From the human T2T-CHM13v2.0 reference genome, Homo sapiens: a DNA stretch of 64,000 bases. Below are positions 1 through 12,605 of this stretch, one piece after another (the first letter of the stretch is position 1; each line of letters begins with the position of its first letter). The translations under genes and the position numbers were made by a program. Under the pieces are notes generated by a model. The model was not told the origin of the DNA, did no database searches, and saw only the letters and a program-made list of their open reading frames with translations. The stretch is taken from assembly GCF_009914755.1 (NCBI RefSeq), contig NC_060926.1. One strand, given 5' to 3'.

Positions 1-260
1 TTGCATGTTCTCGTTCATAAGTGGGAGTTGAAAAATGAGAACACATCGACACAGGGAGGGGAACATCACACACTGGGGCCTATAGGGAGGTGAGGGGTAA
101 GGGGAGGGAAAGCATTAGGACAAATACCTAATGCATGTGGGGCTTAAAACTTAGATGACGGGTTCGTAGGTGCAGCAAACCACCATGGCACATGTATACC
201 TATGTAACAAACCTGCACGTTCTGTACATGTACCTCAGAACTTAAATGAAAAGAAAAAAA
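1..260 (+). mobile_element. L1PA (L1PA7/8-like) 3' end with A-rich tail, cut by the window start
   Basis: ORF2 end/3'UTR motifs CACACTGGGGCC, G-rich tract, CACCATGGCACATGTATACCTATGTAACAAACCTGCAC, then A-rich tail. Confidence 0.93.
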
Positions 261-329
261 AGAGTTGATCCAAAAGAAAAAAAAGAAAGCCCCCTTGTTG
301 GCATCTAGAGAAAAGAGAGAAGCCTGTGT

Positions 330-555
330 ACTTGGCTGCAGAAGTTTGGAGTGGAGTCTGCCTGACTGAGTTGGGAGGGGAGTAAAAGGGATCCGTCTTG
401 CTTCAAATGCCACAGACACTTACCTTTCTTAACGAATTTTCATAGATTTTTTTGAATAAATGTTTCTTCATGTTCTGCTTGCCTTTAGACCCACTTCTAG
501 AGGGTCTAGAGTGTTGTTATTTTAAAAGTAATTTTCACCAACTTTACCATAGTGT
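330..555 (-). mobile_element. Old L1M 5'-region fragment
   Basis: Resembles recalled L1M motif CTTCAAATGCCACAGAC...GAATAAATGTTTCTTCA...AATTTTCACCA; highly diverged. Confidence 0.4.
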
Positions 556-1261
556 GGTTCAGCCTAACACCTCACACTGTCACTCCAGAATTTGATCCCT
601 GATCTGCTCTCTTTTAAAAGGTAATTACTTATTCAAACATAAGATCCACATTTATACACTAAATATCTTATTTTGTTAACATCCTTCCCCACACAACATT
701 CTCTTTCCAACTTATTTTAAGAGCAGATGGTTGAACAGAGCAAATAGACTTTAATATGACAAGGTATTATTGATTAGTAACTGATAAATAGCTATCTACT
801 TAATTTCTGGCAAAACAGTAGAAAGAGGACTGGAACATGGATCCAAAAAATTGGAACATTTTCTAAATATGTGTCTTTATGGAAAACTTCAAAACATCTT
901 CTTAGCCTCAGTCTCTCCAACTCCAAAATAATAAAGTTTAAGATCTGTGATTCTTTCCATAGCTTTAATTTACATATTCTAGCAAGTTTTATTATAATTT
1001 CCATTTCCAATAAAAGTTCTTTCTAAATTCTGAAAGAAATATTAAATGCTCATAGGACAGCCCATGTAAAAATCTGCAGAGTGGGATAATATAGAATATT
1101 ACCATGAGAAGTTAGAAAATAATGATGCTGTTTAAGAGGATAAGTTATAACAAAGCCCACAGAGCAAGATGTGTAAGTCTTGGAGTCTGTAACATATTTT
1201 ATGGAGAAGTAGTTTGCCAAGACTGAAAACAATCATCTTGTCATCAGTTATGTGAGCCTGG

Positions 1262-1264
<3 letters not shown>

Positions 1265-1310
<46 letters not shown>
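1265..1310. repeat. Pure poly(A) tract, 46 nt
   Basis: Read directly from the sequence. Confidence 0.98.
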
Positions 1311-1312
<2 letters not shown>

Positions 1313-2585
1313 AAAGAAATTATCAAAAGTACTTGGCATTTTATTAGTTTGGAGATTTTATATATTTATTTGTGTTTGTAAGAATGGAAGGATGTTTTTC
1401 TAAATTTCATGGGCACATTGGATGTAGGAAAGCTCATTTATCAACAGATAATCAAATTACTCAAGATCCGTACAAAATAAAGTATAAAGTAAGTAATTAA
1501 TTTTTCACTGTCTTCTCCATAAAACCAAATTGTAGTGGCCTTCAAATAAATATAAGCTCCTTATGAATGTTTGTTTAAGAATTAGGTATAAAATTCTCAC
1601 CATAGGGAAATAAAAGTTTATATCTGCATTTATTATCTATGAAAGGAAACTGGGTTTTATTTACAAAAAGAACTAGAGTAATTACATAGAAAATGTGGAT
1701 TCTGTATTTGTCTTCCTGCACCTTTCTAGGTACTTGGAGAAATTTGCAAAAAAAAAAAAAAGTATCTGTTTTATTAGAATTATTCAGAAAATTCTTCTAG
1801 CCACTTTTGTAATATGCAGAAACGTAGGGTTGTATATATGCTAAAATGAATAATGTCACTAGATAGACTATGACAACTAGCCTTAAGTACTACATTTTTA
1901 CAATCAATGACACAAAAGTTTGAACTTTGAAGATTTCACGTTTTTTACACTAATTATTCTCTAAGTCTGAAAAAGGGGCACATTTTAGATATAGCATTTC
2001 TGAAGCTTACTGCTTATTAATAAATCTTGTCCTGTGAAGTTTTTTCAATTTCTGCTAGGAATGTTTGCCAGGAAAATGGCAGTAATTATGAGAGTATATG
2101 AGTGCCTGGCTGCAGAAAACTTTAGTAATTATTCCCAATACAACATTTCAGCTAGCTCAGAAATGATTTTAATTTGAATGTCCAAAGAAGAAATTTAGAA
2201 ATATCTGTTTCTGTCTTAATGGAAGTATTAAATCTCTTATAATAATCACATTTATATGCTCATAGCCCATTTCTTCAAAGGTGTGTAAAGAGTCGTAAAT
2301 GAACTCCATTGACCTGGGGTAGCAATTTTTGTTAAAGCCGCATTTAGCAAGACCTGCTCCAGTGGTCAGCAAGCTCAGTCACAAAGTCAAATGACTCAAG
2401 TGAAGTCCACAGTTGGTCAGAGGAAAGACCTGACCAGCAAGAAATTTAACTTTGGTTAAAGATAAATAGTTTATAATTCCTTTTCCACAAGCAATTAAAG
2501 TAAGATTAGTTTGCATGTTTTTAGCAAAGGAATTAACTTATTCTAAAATGCTAAGCATATTTCTTTAATGCCTAATAGAAGTCAC

Positions 2586-2776
2586 TGTAATGGTTAATTA
2601 TATGTATTAACATGGCTATGGCATTCAAATATTTGGTCAAACACAAGCCCGAATGTTTCTGTGAATCCTTTTTGCTGTTGTTGTTGTTTTTTTTAATTTT
2701 TAGATTTTTTCTCTCCCTTTCTATAGAAACACACACCCTGTTAGTTCTGTTTCTCTGTGTAACCCTGACTCATGCA
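2586..2776 (+). mobile_element. MLT2 (MLT2C/D-like, ERVL) LTR, internally deleted
   Basis: 5' end TGTAATGGTTAATTATATGT...TTTGGTCAAACAC; 3' end GTTCTGTTTCTCTGTGTAACCCTGACTCATGCA. Confidence 0.7.
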
Positions 2777-3154
2777 GCCATCACTCCCTGAATTAGAAGA
2801 GAAGTAGCTAAAAATGTTGGAGGCATGTTTCAGATGTGGGAAGACAACTGCTATCCCAGCTTCTGAGATGACATCCTGTTTTCTCACCTGTGTGAAACTT
2901 TGTTTTTAACTATCTTATAAAAAGAAATGATGAAAGTATAAAAAAAAATATTATTGGAGATTAAAGAAAACCAAAAAATAAAATAGTCAACTGGCTAAAA
3001 TTAAAAGCAAAAGAGATATCAAGAAATAAGGACTCTGGTAAAGGAAGTGAGAAATTTTACAAAAGAAATTATTGTGGTTTATAGAAATCTGTGTGTATAA
3101 AGTAGACTATCTCTACTTGAGATAGTTCTTGAGTTAAAAGAGAAAGCTAGGTAC

Positions 3155-3598
3155 TGAGGCAGGAGAATAGGGCCTGGATGCAGGGAACCTAAGGACTTCC
3201 CCAAACTAAATCAAATGGAAACACTTAAGCTATGACAGGAAATATCCTCTTCATTTACATAGGGCATACATAGAGTAAATGACTTTGTAACTTCATTTCA
3301 TCCTCTTATAGGGTGTATACCATATACATAACTTTGTAACTTCACTTTAGCCTCTTTATTTACAAAAGGCGTATACCCATTAATCAGTGGAAACCTCTAA
3401 AGGTTGTTTAAATCACAGAAAATTCTCTATCCGGAATGTTGAGCCCCGGTGCTAAGGCCCGCTCCCACCCTGTGGAGTGTACTTTCATTTACAATAAATC
3501 TCTGCTTTTGTTGCTTCACCTTTTCTTGTTGTGTTTCTGCCTTTTGCCCAATTCTTTGTTCAAGATGCCAAGAATGTGGACACCCTTCACTGGTAACA
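3155..3598 (+). mobile_element. ERV1 solo LTR, MER61/MER51-like
   Basis: TGAGGCAGGAGAATAGGG start, AATAAA, TGGTAACA end, 4-bp TSD GTAC/GTAT. Confidence 0.85.
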
Positions 3599-3639
3599 GT
3601 ATAACCAACTGTGTGCCTATAAATCACTGGAAATGAGAG

Positions 3640-3782
3640 CATATCTGATATGTAGCATTTGCCAACTTCTGTAGTGTAAATACTCCCACCATCATCAATT
3701 TCAAGCTACTAATTTGAAGTCACTGAACACAGACCTGCAAAACACACAAGAAATTGCAATAAGGAGCCAACTTCAGAAGCCC
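3640..3782. mobile_element. MER63-like hAT DNA transposon fragment
   Basis: GTAGCATTTGCC...GTGTAAATACTCCCACC...TTTCAAGCTAC motif. Confidence 0.65.
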
Positions 3783-5814
3783 ATGAGGGTATAGCCTTAC
3801 TTCTGACCTGGGGACTCTGTGCATGAGTAGGAGAAAATTCTCACATTTTAGCCCTTGTCTTATTTCCCATTGTCTAAAGTAGATGGCTAACTTAGTGATA
3901 AAGGAAAAAAATAATCCTTCTTTCAAGGGGTGAGCTCAGGGATAAAATAGAGGCAAAGGTGTTAGACATATCATGTTGTAAACAGAGGAGATCATATTAA
4001 ACACAGTGAAAGGCATTTGCTCCTGATCAAAATAGAGTTGAAAATATACACAAATCCAAGAACTTCCTTGTGGTCAGATGCAAAAAGAATAATACCAAAT
4101 ATTAGGGCAGTTATTAACATTTCCAGCAGGGTGTTTTGGGGGAGTAAGGAGTTAAAAAGCACCATTTCCTAATTTGCTGTCACATTTTGCTTCAAAAAGT
4201 TTTTCTGTATCTGTTTAACAGGTCATTATTCCAAAGGAGAACTTCATATTGATATGATCTATTTTCTGCCAGGGAAATGGTGGTCAGTAGTGAAATAAAG
4301 AATTTGTTCTGTTAAGTAGCCTGTTCTCAACATGGAGGTGATTTCTTTTTCATTAAAAAAAATTGGTTAATATATTCCAGATTTTCAAAACAGAACATAC
4401 TAAGCAATACTCATGAAATATGGTCGTAGACTTTAAGTACTTTATATTAGCTTTCCTTTAAAAAATCAAATATTTTGATGCTTTTGATCACACAGAAATG
4501 GAAAAATGTCACCTTCAGTGCTTTTCAGAAGAGGAAAATAAAGATTGACTTCAGAGTGTGTTTACACTGGTGGTAATATACAGGTGTGCTTATTCACAGG
4601 AAACATCTTTTCTCTCACTGCATTAACCTCACTTCTCTCTCCCTCTTCAGTTTTTCTGGGTCCAGTTAGTTCCCTTCTTCTCTATTAATTGTTATTTTCT
4701 CATGTGCTATCTCAATCAATGAACCATTTCTCACCACTATAAGAAGCTGAAGTCGCAGATACAGTAGGATATTTTAGACATCAACTTTAGAATTGTTTAA
4801 AAACTAAATAAATAAAAAAGGGATTGTCATTTAACTCAGGAATGGAAGAAAGTATCCAGACCACTGCATACTTTAGAGCAGAAATATTTCAATTTAAACA
4901 GAAAATGTAGTGAATTAGCCTCATTTTATGGACTTCTCAGAAAAAGAAATAGCTTGCATAAAAGGTAAGGATTGCTTCTTATGCTCTAGGCTTTTACATC
5001 AGTAGGAACACTTTAAATTTTCTATTGCATACCTGACTAGAAAATAAAATAAAACCAGTAAGCCATTAAAATACATCTCACCATTTCTTCTTGTCTCAAA
5101 GCCTCAAGGTATTAGAGACTATTTCTGTTAGAGGGCCTGCTTAATTAAGAAACTGTTCTACAACATGATGTTTTTTTAAAAATCTGGTATAATCTTTTCT
5201 GTTCAAGTAGTGACAGGATGAGGATCAGGAGCTAAAGAAAGCTTAGACAATTCTGTTGCACAATTTGGGAAGACTAGAAAGAAAAACATTTGCATCCCCT
5301 TATGTGAAACAGGGGTTGACTAGAAAAAGACAGCAGTTCTAGCTAATACTCATAAGGCTCCTTTCTAGCAGTTAATGAATATAAAGGTGCTGTTTGGGGA
5401 GGATAGAAATTCATTTTTTTTTCTCAGCTACCTTCAGCCCTTTTGGGAAAAAAAAAAAAGACTGTGCAGGTCTGTCTAATTCATTTGTTTAGCTAGACCT
5501 TGAAGGAAATCAGTTCAAGTAATTACCAGATTATTAACAAAGACAAATGGTCAGATGTTTAAGTCAGACTCTTAATTTTGCCCCTCTTCTCACTATTTTC
5601 TATCAACAATCTGCCTTGTAATTCAACTCCTGTGAGCCATGCAGCGAACTGTCACTCAAGTCACACTCATTATATTTCTGGATTTAAGAGAGCTCCCCAA
5701 GGTTTTTAATACCTAGTGTGGCTCTTATCTCAAGGAAAATTATGAAATTATGAATATTCAAAACATGGGTAATTAAATTTACTTAAGTATAAATAAATAG
5801 CTCATAACAAAGTC

Positions 5815-6610
5815 TTTTAAAGAAAAGACCAGTAAACCCAAAATGGAGTCACTCATGCTAAAGTTCTGTGTCATCAAACCAAAATCTAACTAATTTACTT
5901 GTAAGATCTGACCCTCTGAGAAATCAGGAGAGAGGTAAAAATCAAACCCCATCAAGCCGAGAAGATGTTGCTTATGTCCCTATAACAAAAGTAACCTTGA
6001 AGTGAAGTGACCAATCTGCTATTTGTTCCTTGTCTCTGCTTTCCCCTCCTTTTTTTTAACCTATAAAATGCATCCACTCTTTAGCTAGTCAGACCTCTTT
6101 TCTGTTTCATAGACTGGATGCTGCCTGGTTCATGAATTACTACTAAAAGCTAATCACATTGTTAAAGCAAACTAAATATGGCCTGAGATGGACTCTGTAC
6201 TTCTATATTTAAGTCCTTGGGGATGAACTGTAACCTAGCTTAATAGTCAAACAAGATTGAAAACCTAAGTGTAACAATAGCTAAGTCTTGACCAATCCCA
6301 GTGGCCATACTTCAACCATTCATACACTGCTGAGTGTTCAAACTGTATTCAAATAAGGCAAACGCCAAGCTGTAACCAATCCAGCCATTCTGTACCTAAC
6401 TTCCAATTTCTGTACATCATTTCCCTTTTTTTGTCTATAAATCTTCCACCACGTGGCTGCACTGGAGTCTCTGTGAACCTGCTATAATTCTGGGGGCCGC
6501 CTGATTCACAAATCATTCATTGCTCAATAAAACTTTAAATTTAATGTGGCTGAAGTTTTTCTTTTATCAAAGTCTTTGAAATTTAATGTGTTGAATTTTT
6601 TTCTTTGACA
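5815..6610 (+). mobile_element. Older ERV1-type LTR split by a MER57 insertion
   Basis: AAATGGAGTCACTCATGCTAAA, TATAAAA box and 3' end TCTTTGACA resuming after 6569; subfamily not assigned. Confidence 0.55.
6160..6569 (+). mobile_element. MER57 (A1/B-like) ERV1 solo LTR
   Basis: TGTTAAAGCAAACTAAATATGGCCTGAG start, CCAAT and TATAAA boxes, GGCTGAAGTTTTTCTTTTATCA end. Confidence 0.9.
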
Positions 6611-7051
6611 AGTGCAACTGTTTATGTCAAAGTAAGTTTGAAAAGTTCTTTCCTCCAAATAAAAAGGACAACTGTCACAAAATCCAGGAAGTTTAATATG
6701 AGGGAGGGACAGAGACCCAACAGTCAGAACTGAGAGCTAATAGGCTGTATTGTGAAACAGAAATTACAGAGTGGTGAAAGGGAACAAGAGGAGAAATCAG
6801 AAATCAGACAGAAGATTTTATAAAATGTCCTTTTAAAACACAGAGGTTATATTATATTTTGTTAAAGGATAATTTTAAAAAAGAAGTCATGACTCTCACA
6901 TAAAACAAACACATATTAAAGATTTTACTTAATAATGGGAGAGCTGATAAAATGTTACATACAGTTCTGAAATGTTGGTGAGGTAAAAGAGGCAATAATG
7001 AGGTTAAATCATGGGGAGAAATCCTTAGGATTTGGAAAATAGACTTCGGAG

Positions 7052-7649
7052 TATAGAGAAGGAAAAATATATTTCCTCTACCATTCTAAATTCTGGGTTG
7101 GGACTCCCTGTAATAAAAGATGGATCAACAGGGAAAAACAAGCAGAAGTGTATTAACCTGTAAATTTCATATACATATATGAAAAAATGCAGGTAAAAAG
7201 TGCCTCTCGGAGAGATGGTTTAGCCTTGTCCCTTATATACCATCTTCTACAAAGAACAATAAATCTTTAAAGAAGTTACAAGAGAAAGGAAGAGAATCTT
7301 GAGTCCTAGTCCAGTGGGAGCAAATTATAGGAAGGCAAATCTATGAGAAATTAACGGTAGATATAGGATATTTAGGAAAGTGTGTTATGTAGCTTCCTCA
7401 GATGCAGTCTTCAGGCTGATAGGGGCCTAATATTGTCTCCAGTGATCAACCTCTGTCTTTCCAGTAGAGAGGGGAGGAAGGATAGTTTTGTAAATTTATG
7501 CCCTGCTTTAGTCAAATGGGGAGGGCAGAGAGCTTTCCTTCTTGTATCTGCATCTTCTCTATTGCCTTCAGCTCAAAGTAAGCCTTATGCCAAAGTGGCT
7601 TATTTTGACATGAGGCTTATTTTGTGGTGGCATATTCTGCCACCTTTCA
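7052..7649 (-). mobile_element. MER34-family ERV1 LTR
   Basis: Minus strand begins TGAAAGGTGGCAGAATATGCCACC...GCCACTTTGGCATAAGG...GAGCTGAAGGCAAT; TSD GGAG/GGGG. Confidence 0.8.
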
Positions 7650-7775
7650 GGGGCCAGACAGACTTGGTATTAAATTCCAGCTCATCTACTCTGTATCTAC
7701 TGTGAGTGCTGTCAGTGTGGGCATGTTATTTTGTATCTCTAATGCCTCAGTTCCTTTTTCCATGTACAACGCTGG
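7650..7775 (+). mobile_element. MIR SINE, with its left stub at ~7040-7051 separated by MER34
   Basis: CCAGACAGACTTGG...AAATTCCAGCTC...GGGCATGTTATT...GCCTCAGTTCC core. Confidence 0.7.
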
Positions 7776-7873
7776 GTTGTATAAAATGGAATAAAATCAA
7801 TGGAAGTTCCAAAATTTCTATATAGCAAGAGTTTAAGAAAAACTACATGCTTCACAACTTGATGCGAAGCTCT

Positions 7874-7878
<5 letters not shown>

Positions 7879-7916
<38 letters not shown>
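7879..7916. repeat. (TG)19 microsatellite
   Basis: Read directly from the sequence. Confidence 0.97.
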
Positions 7917-7918
<2 letters not shown>

Positions 7919-8399
7919 GGCGCGCATGAACTCATGCAAATACATGCATGTATTTAGGGAGTTTGTTGAGATGAGTGAAAATTGGAGAGACCGTGGGCTC
8001 CCAGCTGTTCTTGGTTATTCTATGAAATAAGAATGCACGTCAAAAGGCCAAGAAGTTTCTATCATATTGTGAAAATTCCATCAATCTATTGTAGCAGATG
8101 TACTCTTTTCTAAAGTGATAATGATCACGAGATCAGTAAATCAAGATTAACTGAAGCAGGTAATCTTTAAAAATTATACACACCTAAATTTAAATATTTT
8201 GTTTCATGACAACACACTACATGCATTTAGCAATCATTTTGTAGGGCCAAGATTTGTTCTCTAACTGTTGTTGCTGATCAAAATTTTATTGACCTAGAGT
8301 GAAATGAGATTTAATGACATGTAAAGTACTATACTGAATATAGATGCCACCAAAATGTTATAATTTTTCTCTCCATACATTTGCAGTCATCTTGCTCAC

Positions 8400-9475
8400 A
8401 GAGTGAATGCAAGTTATGGGACTTGAGGCTCATCTAATTTTGTGTTCTATTTTTTAAAATGATACAAATTTATGAATACGAAGTTAGGCAAGAAAATGAG
8501 TATTCATAAAGAGAAAAGCAATCACAAAATTAGAAAATTTCAAACAGCTGACAAATACCACAAAACCACCAAGTGTCCAAATATAGTATTTTCAATAATC
8601 AACTGTTTGACATACTCTATAATACTTTTTTTCTACATAATTTTGATTGCCACTTTGGCTACATAATTTTGATTACCTCTTCGTAGGACAATACTTTTGT
8701 AATATCACTGATTACACAGAGAGCAAATCACTAAACATTCCTCTAAAATGGTTGATTACAATTTTATTTTTACTATTGAGTTTTCAGCCTTTTTCATTAT
8801 TAGTAATGGAAAACATATTTAGGATTATTATGAAATTCATGTAGAACATTTTAAGTTTTATGAAATACTGGTTAAGTACTCTGAATTGACAACACATATT
8901 AAGCAGGTTTTAAGTATGTCCTTGATATTGTGAAATTATATGAGTTTGACAGGTCTGAGGATTCGAAGCCTTCCACCGACTAGCTTTCAGCTTTGTGCAT
9001 TTCACATTTACCCACATACTTCTTGTGCCAAGCACCACAGTATGCATTGCAGTCCCAATATGCAATCTTCCCTTTAACGTGCCTTGAGTCGGCACAATGA
9101 ACCTTAGTACTCTTCTTGGAAGTCTTTCTTACAGTAGGATAGTTAATAATAACTTCACATATGGGCAAGCAAAATGTAATTGCAAGCAACAAAAATATAT
9201 TGCACGAAACCTGGACTACTGTACCCCAACTTAGCCCCTTAGTTATAACTCAACAGCTGCCACCTTCCAAGAGCACATATTTGGGGGTGAAGCATAGTAC
9301 AAGGCAAATTGCAGTGGAACACCCAGAGGGCTTAACTGATGGTAGTTGACATATCTTACTTTTACAAATTGTACAAAAACACATTGCTAGGGTCTCCCCC
9401 AGGCCTTGAAAGGAAACTGCCTGTGAGAGGCCCTAAAACTTAAGTTTTGTTCCCTTCCTGCTAACTTTGCCGCTG
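8400..9475 (-). mobile_element. Zaphod-like hAT-Tip100 DNA transposon remnant
   Basis: Minus-strand terminus CAGCGGCAAAGTTAGC...AAACTTAAGTTTTAGGGCCTCTCAC resembles the recalled Zaphod 5' end; left edge approximate. Confidence 0.5.
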
Positions 9476-9684
9476 CTCATTACTAATTTAGAAGTAATAT
9501 TCTAAAGCAACTTAGCTTTATCTGTTCTTTCTAAGGTGTTATAATTTGTTTTCATAGAAGAAGAAATTATTTTGTAAATTTCATCTGTGTTTGCAATACT
9601 TAGTGAAATTGCCTACAAATAATAATACATATTAAAGGCACAACATATTGATTTGATGACAAATACAATCAATTCTCTGTGTAG

Positions 9685-10100
9685 GTATGGAAACGAATTG
9701 TGGTATATACACACAATGGAATATTTACTACTCAAAAGTAAAACTAAATACATTGTTGATACATGCAACAACATGGATAATTCCTAAAATAATTATGCTG
9801 AGTGAAAGAAGCCAGACAGAAAAAGAGTATACAAGTATGATTCTACTTGTGTAACACTTTAGAACATAGGGGCTATAATCACAGAAATCCGATGAGTGAT
9901 GGCCTGAGGACTGGGAGAGGGGTAGTAGGAGAGATTACAAATGTGCAAGAAAATACTTCTGGTTGTGATAGATATATTTACTATCTAGACTGTGTGATGG
10001 TTTCTGAGCTTACATGTGTGTCAAGACTTATTAAATGGTCTACTTTAAATATATTCAGACTTTCATATGCCAATAATATCTCAATAAAGCTGTTTAAAAA
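9685..10100 (+). mobile_element. Old L1M (L1MD/ME-like) 3' end
   Basis: TGTGGTATATACACACAATGGAATA, ACATGCAACAACATGGAT, ATGCTGAGTGAAAGAAGCCAGAC, CTCAATAAAGCTG. Confidence 0.85.
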
Positions 10101-10715
10101 GTGTTAAGCTTTCTTGTTAAGGGACAAAAGAAATTGTACATCAAAGACACTGCAGTACCTAAGAAATATGTCCCAGAAAGAACCAGGAGTCAGTGCCTGG
10201 GAGTAGATGCTTAGGTGCTGTTTCAGGGAGGCTGAAGAGAAGCCTAAATAAGTAAAAGTGCTTTGATATGGGGACACTCTACCATTACACAGGATTTAAC
10301 ACCCTGGCAAGTTCCCTAGGTACAAGATCTAAGATATCACTGGGATGGCTCTTAAGAAGCTTGGAAGAAGCAATAGCCCACATTAAATAAAGTAAAGACT
10401 GTGGCAGACAGTGTAGTAAGGAATCGAAATACTCAGAGAAGAAGGCATGTTACCACTTAAGTTCAGAAAAATCTACCAGGTAATCTTCAGGCTCAACAGT
10501 TCTGAGATACTGTGTACCAAGGCAATAAGAAACTTGCAGGTAAATGGGTCACCACTGTTAATGAAAAGCTCAATGGTACATGCCCTGTGTAAGATAAGGA
10601 TAATGGTTGGAAACACTATTACAAAACTGAGCTCCATGGTAACAAAGGAGATGACAGAATCTTTTGTGTCCATACCTTGTTTTAACTGTAAATGGGCAAA
10701 TATAAGAACCATGAC

Positions 10716-11089
10716 TGATATGGTTTGGCTGTGTCTCCACCCAATCTCATCTTGAATTGTAGTTCCCATAATCTTCACATTTCATGGGAGGGACCCTGTG
10801 GGAGGTAATTTAGTCATGACAGTGGTTATCCTTGTGCTATTCTCATGATACTGAGTGACTGCTAGTGAGATCTGATGGTTTTATAAGGGGCTTTTACCCC
10901 TTCTGCTCAGCATTTCTTCCTGACTTCATGTGAAGAAGGACATATTGCTTCCCCTTCTGCCCTGATAGTAAATTTCCTGAAGCCTCCCCAGCCATGCAGA
11001 AATGTGAGTCATTAAACCTCTTTTTTTTTTAAAATAAATTATCGAGTCTCGGGTATTTCCTCATAGCAGTGTGAGAACAGATTAATACA
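10716..11089 (+). mobile_element. THE1C/D MaLR solo LTR
   Basis: TGATATGGTTTGGCTGTGTC...GATTAATACA; 5-bp TSD ATGAC/ATGAT. Confidence 0.93.
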
Positions 11090-11233
11090 ATGATTGATAA
11101 GGGGATGGATATTTAATGCTTAGACCTCTCAGGAGTTAAGAAATGGTTTATCTCATTAGGCAAGACACCTTGATTAAGTAGCCAATGGAGGAGGAGTGTG
11201 TAGCATGGGAAGGCAGAAAGGTCTAATTAAAAA

Positions 11234-11239
<6 letters not shown>

Positions 11240-11318
<79 letters not shown>

Positions 11319-11319
11319 A

Positions 11320-11349
<30 letters not shown>
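11240..11349. repeat. Compound (TC)n(TCTG)n(TC)n(TG)n(TA)n microsatellite
   Basis: Read directly from the sequence. Confidence 0.95.
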
Positions 11350-11350
<1 letters not shown>

Positions 11351-11523
11351 CTACTACTGCAGTTATTTCAAATATATTTGATGGCCTCTGAAATAACTGC
11401 AGTAGTAGTACTTGTAGTTTCTCACAATAACACACTTCCTGTAAGTTTTCCAATAAATGATGCCAGCCAGAATCTGGAAGAGGCAGAGTCTGGATGAAAT
11501 AAGCTCAATATAAGAAGGAAGTG

Positions 11524-11836
<313 letters not shown>

Positions 11837-11859
11837 TCAAACCAATGCAAATATTGGAC

Positions 11860-12158
11860 TGTAGTAGTTGCTGTTGGTGCTCTACTCAGATATGCTGTGA
11901 GCATTGGCTGCGGACAACTTTGAGATGCCCATTTGCCAGAATTGCTTAAGTGGGGATATAAAGGTTCCTTGTCCCAAGGTTGGAGTAATTCTGTGGTACC
12001 ATTCATAGGATCAGATGGAAACTCACCTGCAGCTGAGAGCATGTCCCCACTTAACTTTCTTCTTTCTATCCTGCTTTCTCACTCCCCTTCTCCAAACATC
12101 ACATTCTCAAGAATCTCCATCTTAGGCTCTATTTCTAGAAAACGTGACATATATGACA
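11860..12158 (+). mobile_element. LTR16-like ERVL LTR
   Basis: 3' end AATCTCCATCTTAGGCTCTATTTCTAGAAAAC...GACA resembles LTR16 termini. Confidence 0.55.
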
Positions 12159-12426
12159 ATGGGTTTCTGCGTTTTAGTTGTGGTTAAGCTCTGCCAGTTG
12201 TTTTAAGGAGGTTTATAGGACGTGTGGGCTAACAAAAATCTGAACTTCAAGGAGACATTTTGGTTTGGAAGCACCAAACCAAAAAAATAACAGTTTTCAC
12301 ATGTCAGTCATCAAAACTTGCATGTCATGTTAAATCAAGAGAATAATCATTTAATAAGAAATGTTTTCACTGGTGATAATATCAATTTATGAAAATGAGG
12401 GAAAAATCATTAGTCTTTAAATTTCT

Positions 12427-12581
12427 AGCTGCTCTGCCTATGAAGTAGCCATTCTTTTATTCCTTTATCTTCCTCATGAACTTGTTATCATTTTATTCTA
12501 TGGGTTCGCCTTGAATTTGTTCTTTTGCAAGATCAAAGAACCTTCTCTTGGGGTCTAGATCAGGACCTCTTTCCAGTAACA
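12427..12581 (+). mobile_element. MER41 5' LTR, R-U5 only (no U3)
   Basis: AGCTGCTCTGCCTATGAAGTAGCCATTCTTTTATTCC...GGGTCTAGATCAGGACCTCTTTCCAGTAACA; matches the R part of the LTR at 16796. Confidence 0.9.
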
Positions 12582-12587
12582 TCTTCC

Positions 12588-12605
12588 TGGTGAGCACTGA
12601 AGGGA
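12588..12605 (+). other. Degenerate primer binding site (tRNA-Arg type)
   Basis: TGGTGAGCACTGAAGGGA just after U5; similar to TGGCGACCACGAAGGGAC. Confidence 0.6.

Larger units (their letters stand above)
10150..11520 (+). mobile_element. ERVL (HERV16/ERV3-16A3-like) internal remnant, interrupted by THE1 and a microsatellite
   Basis: GGATTTAACACCCTGGCAAG motif and an LTR16-like element downstream; very diverged. Confidence 0.5.

Noticed and set aside
54-108. G-quadruplex-like G-rich tract
   Set aside because: Normal feature of the L1 3'UTR
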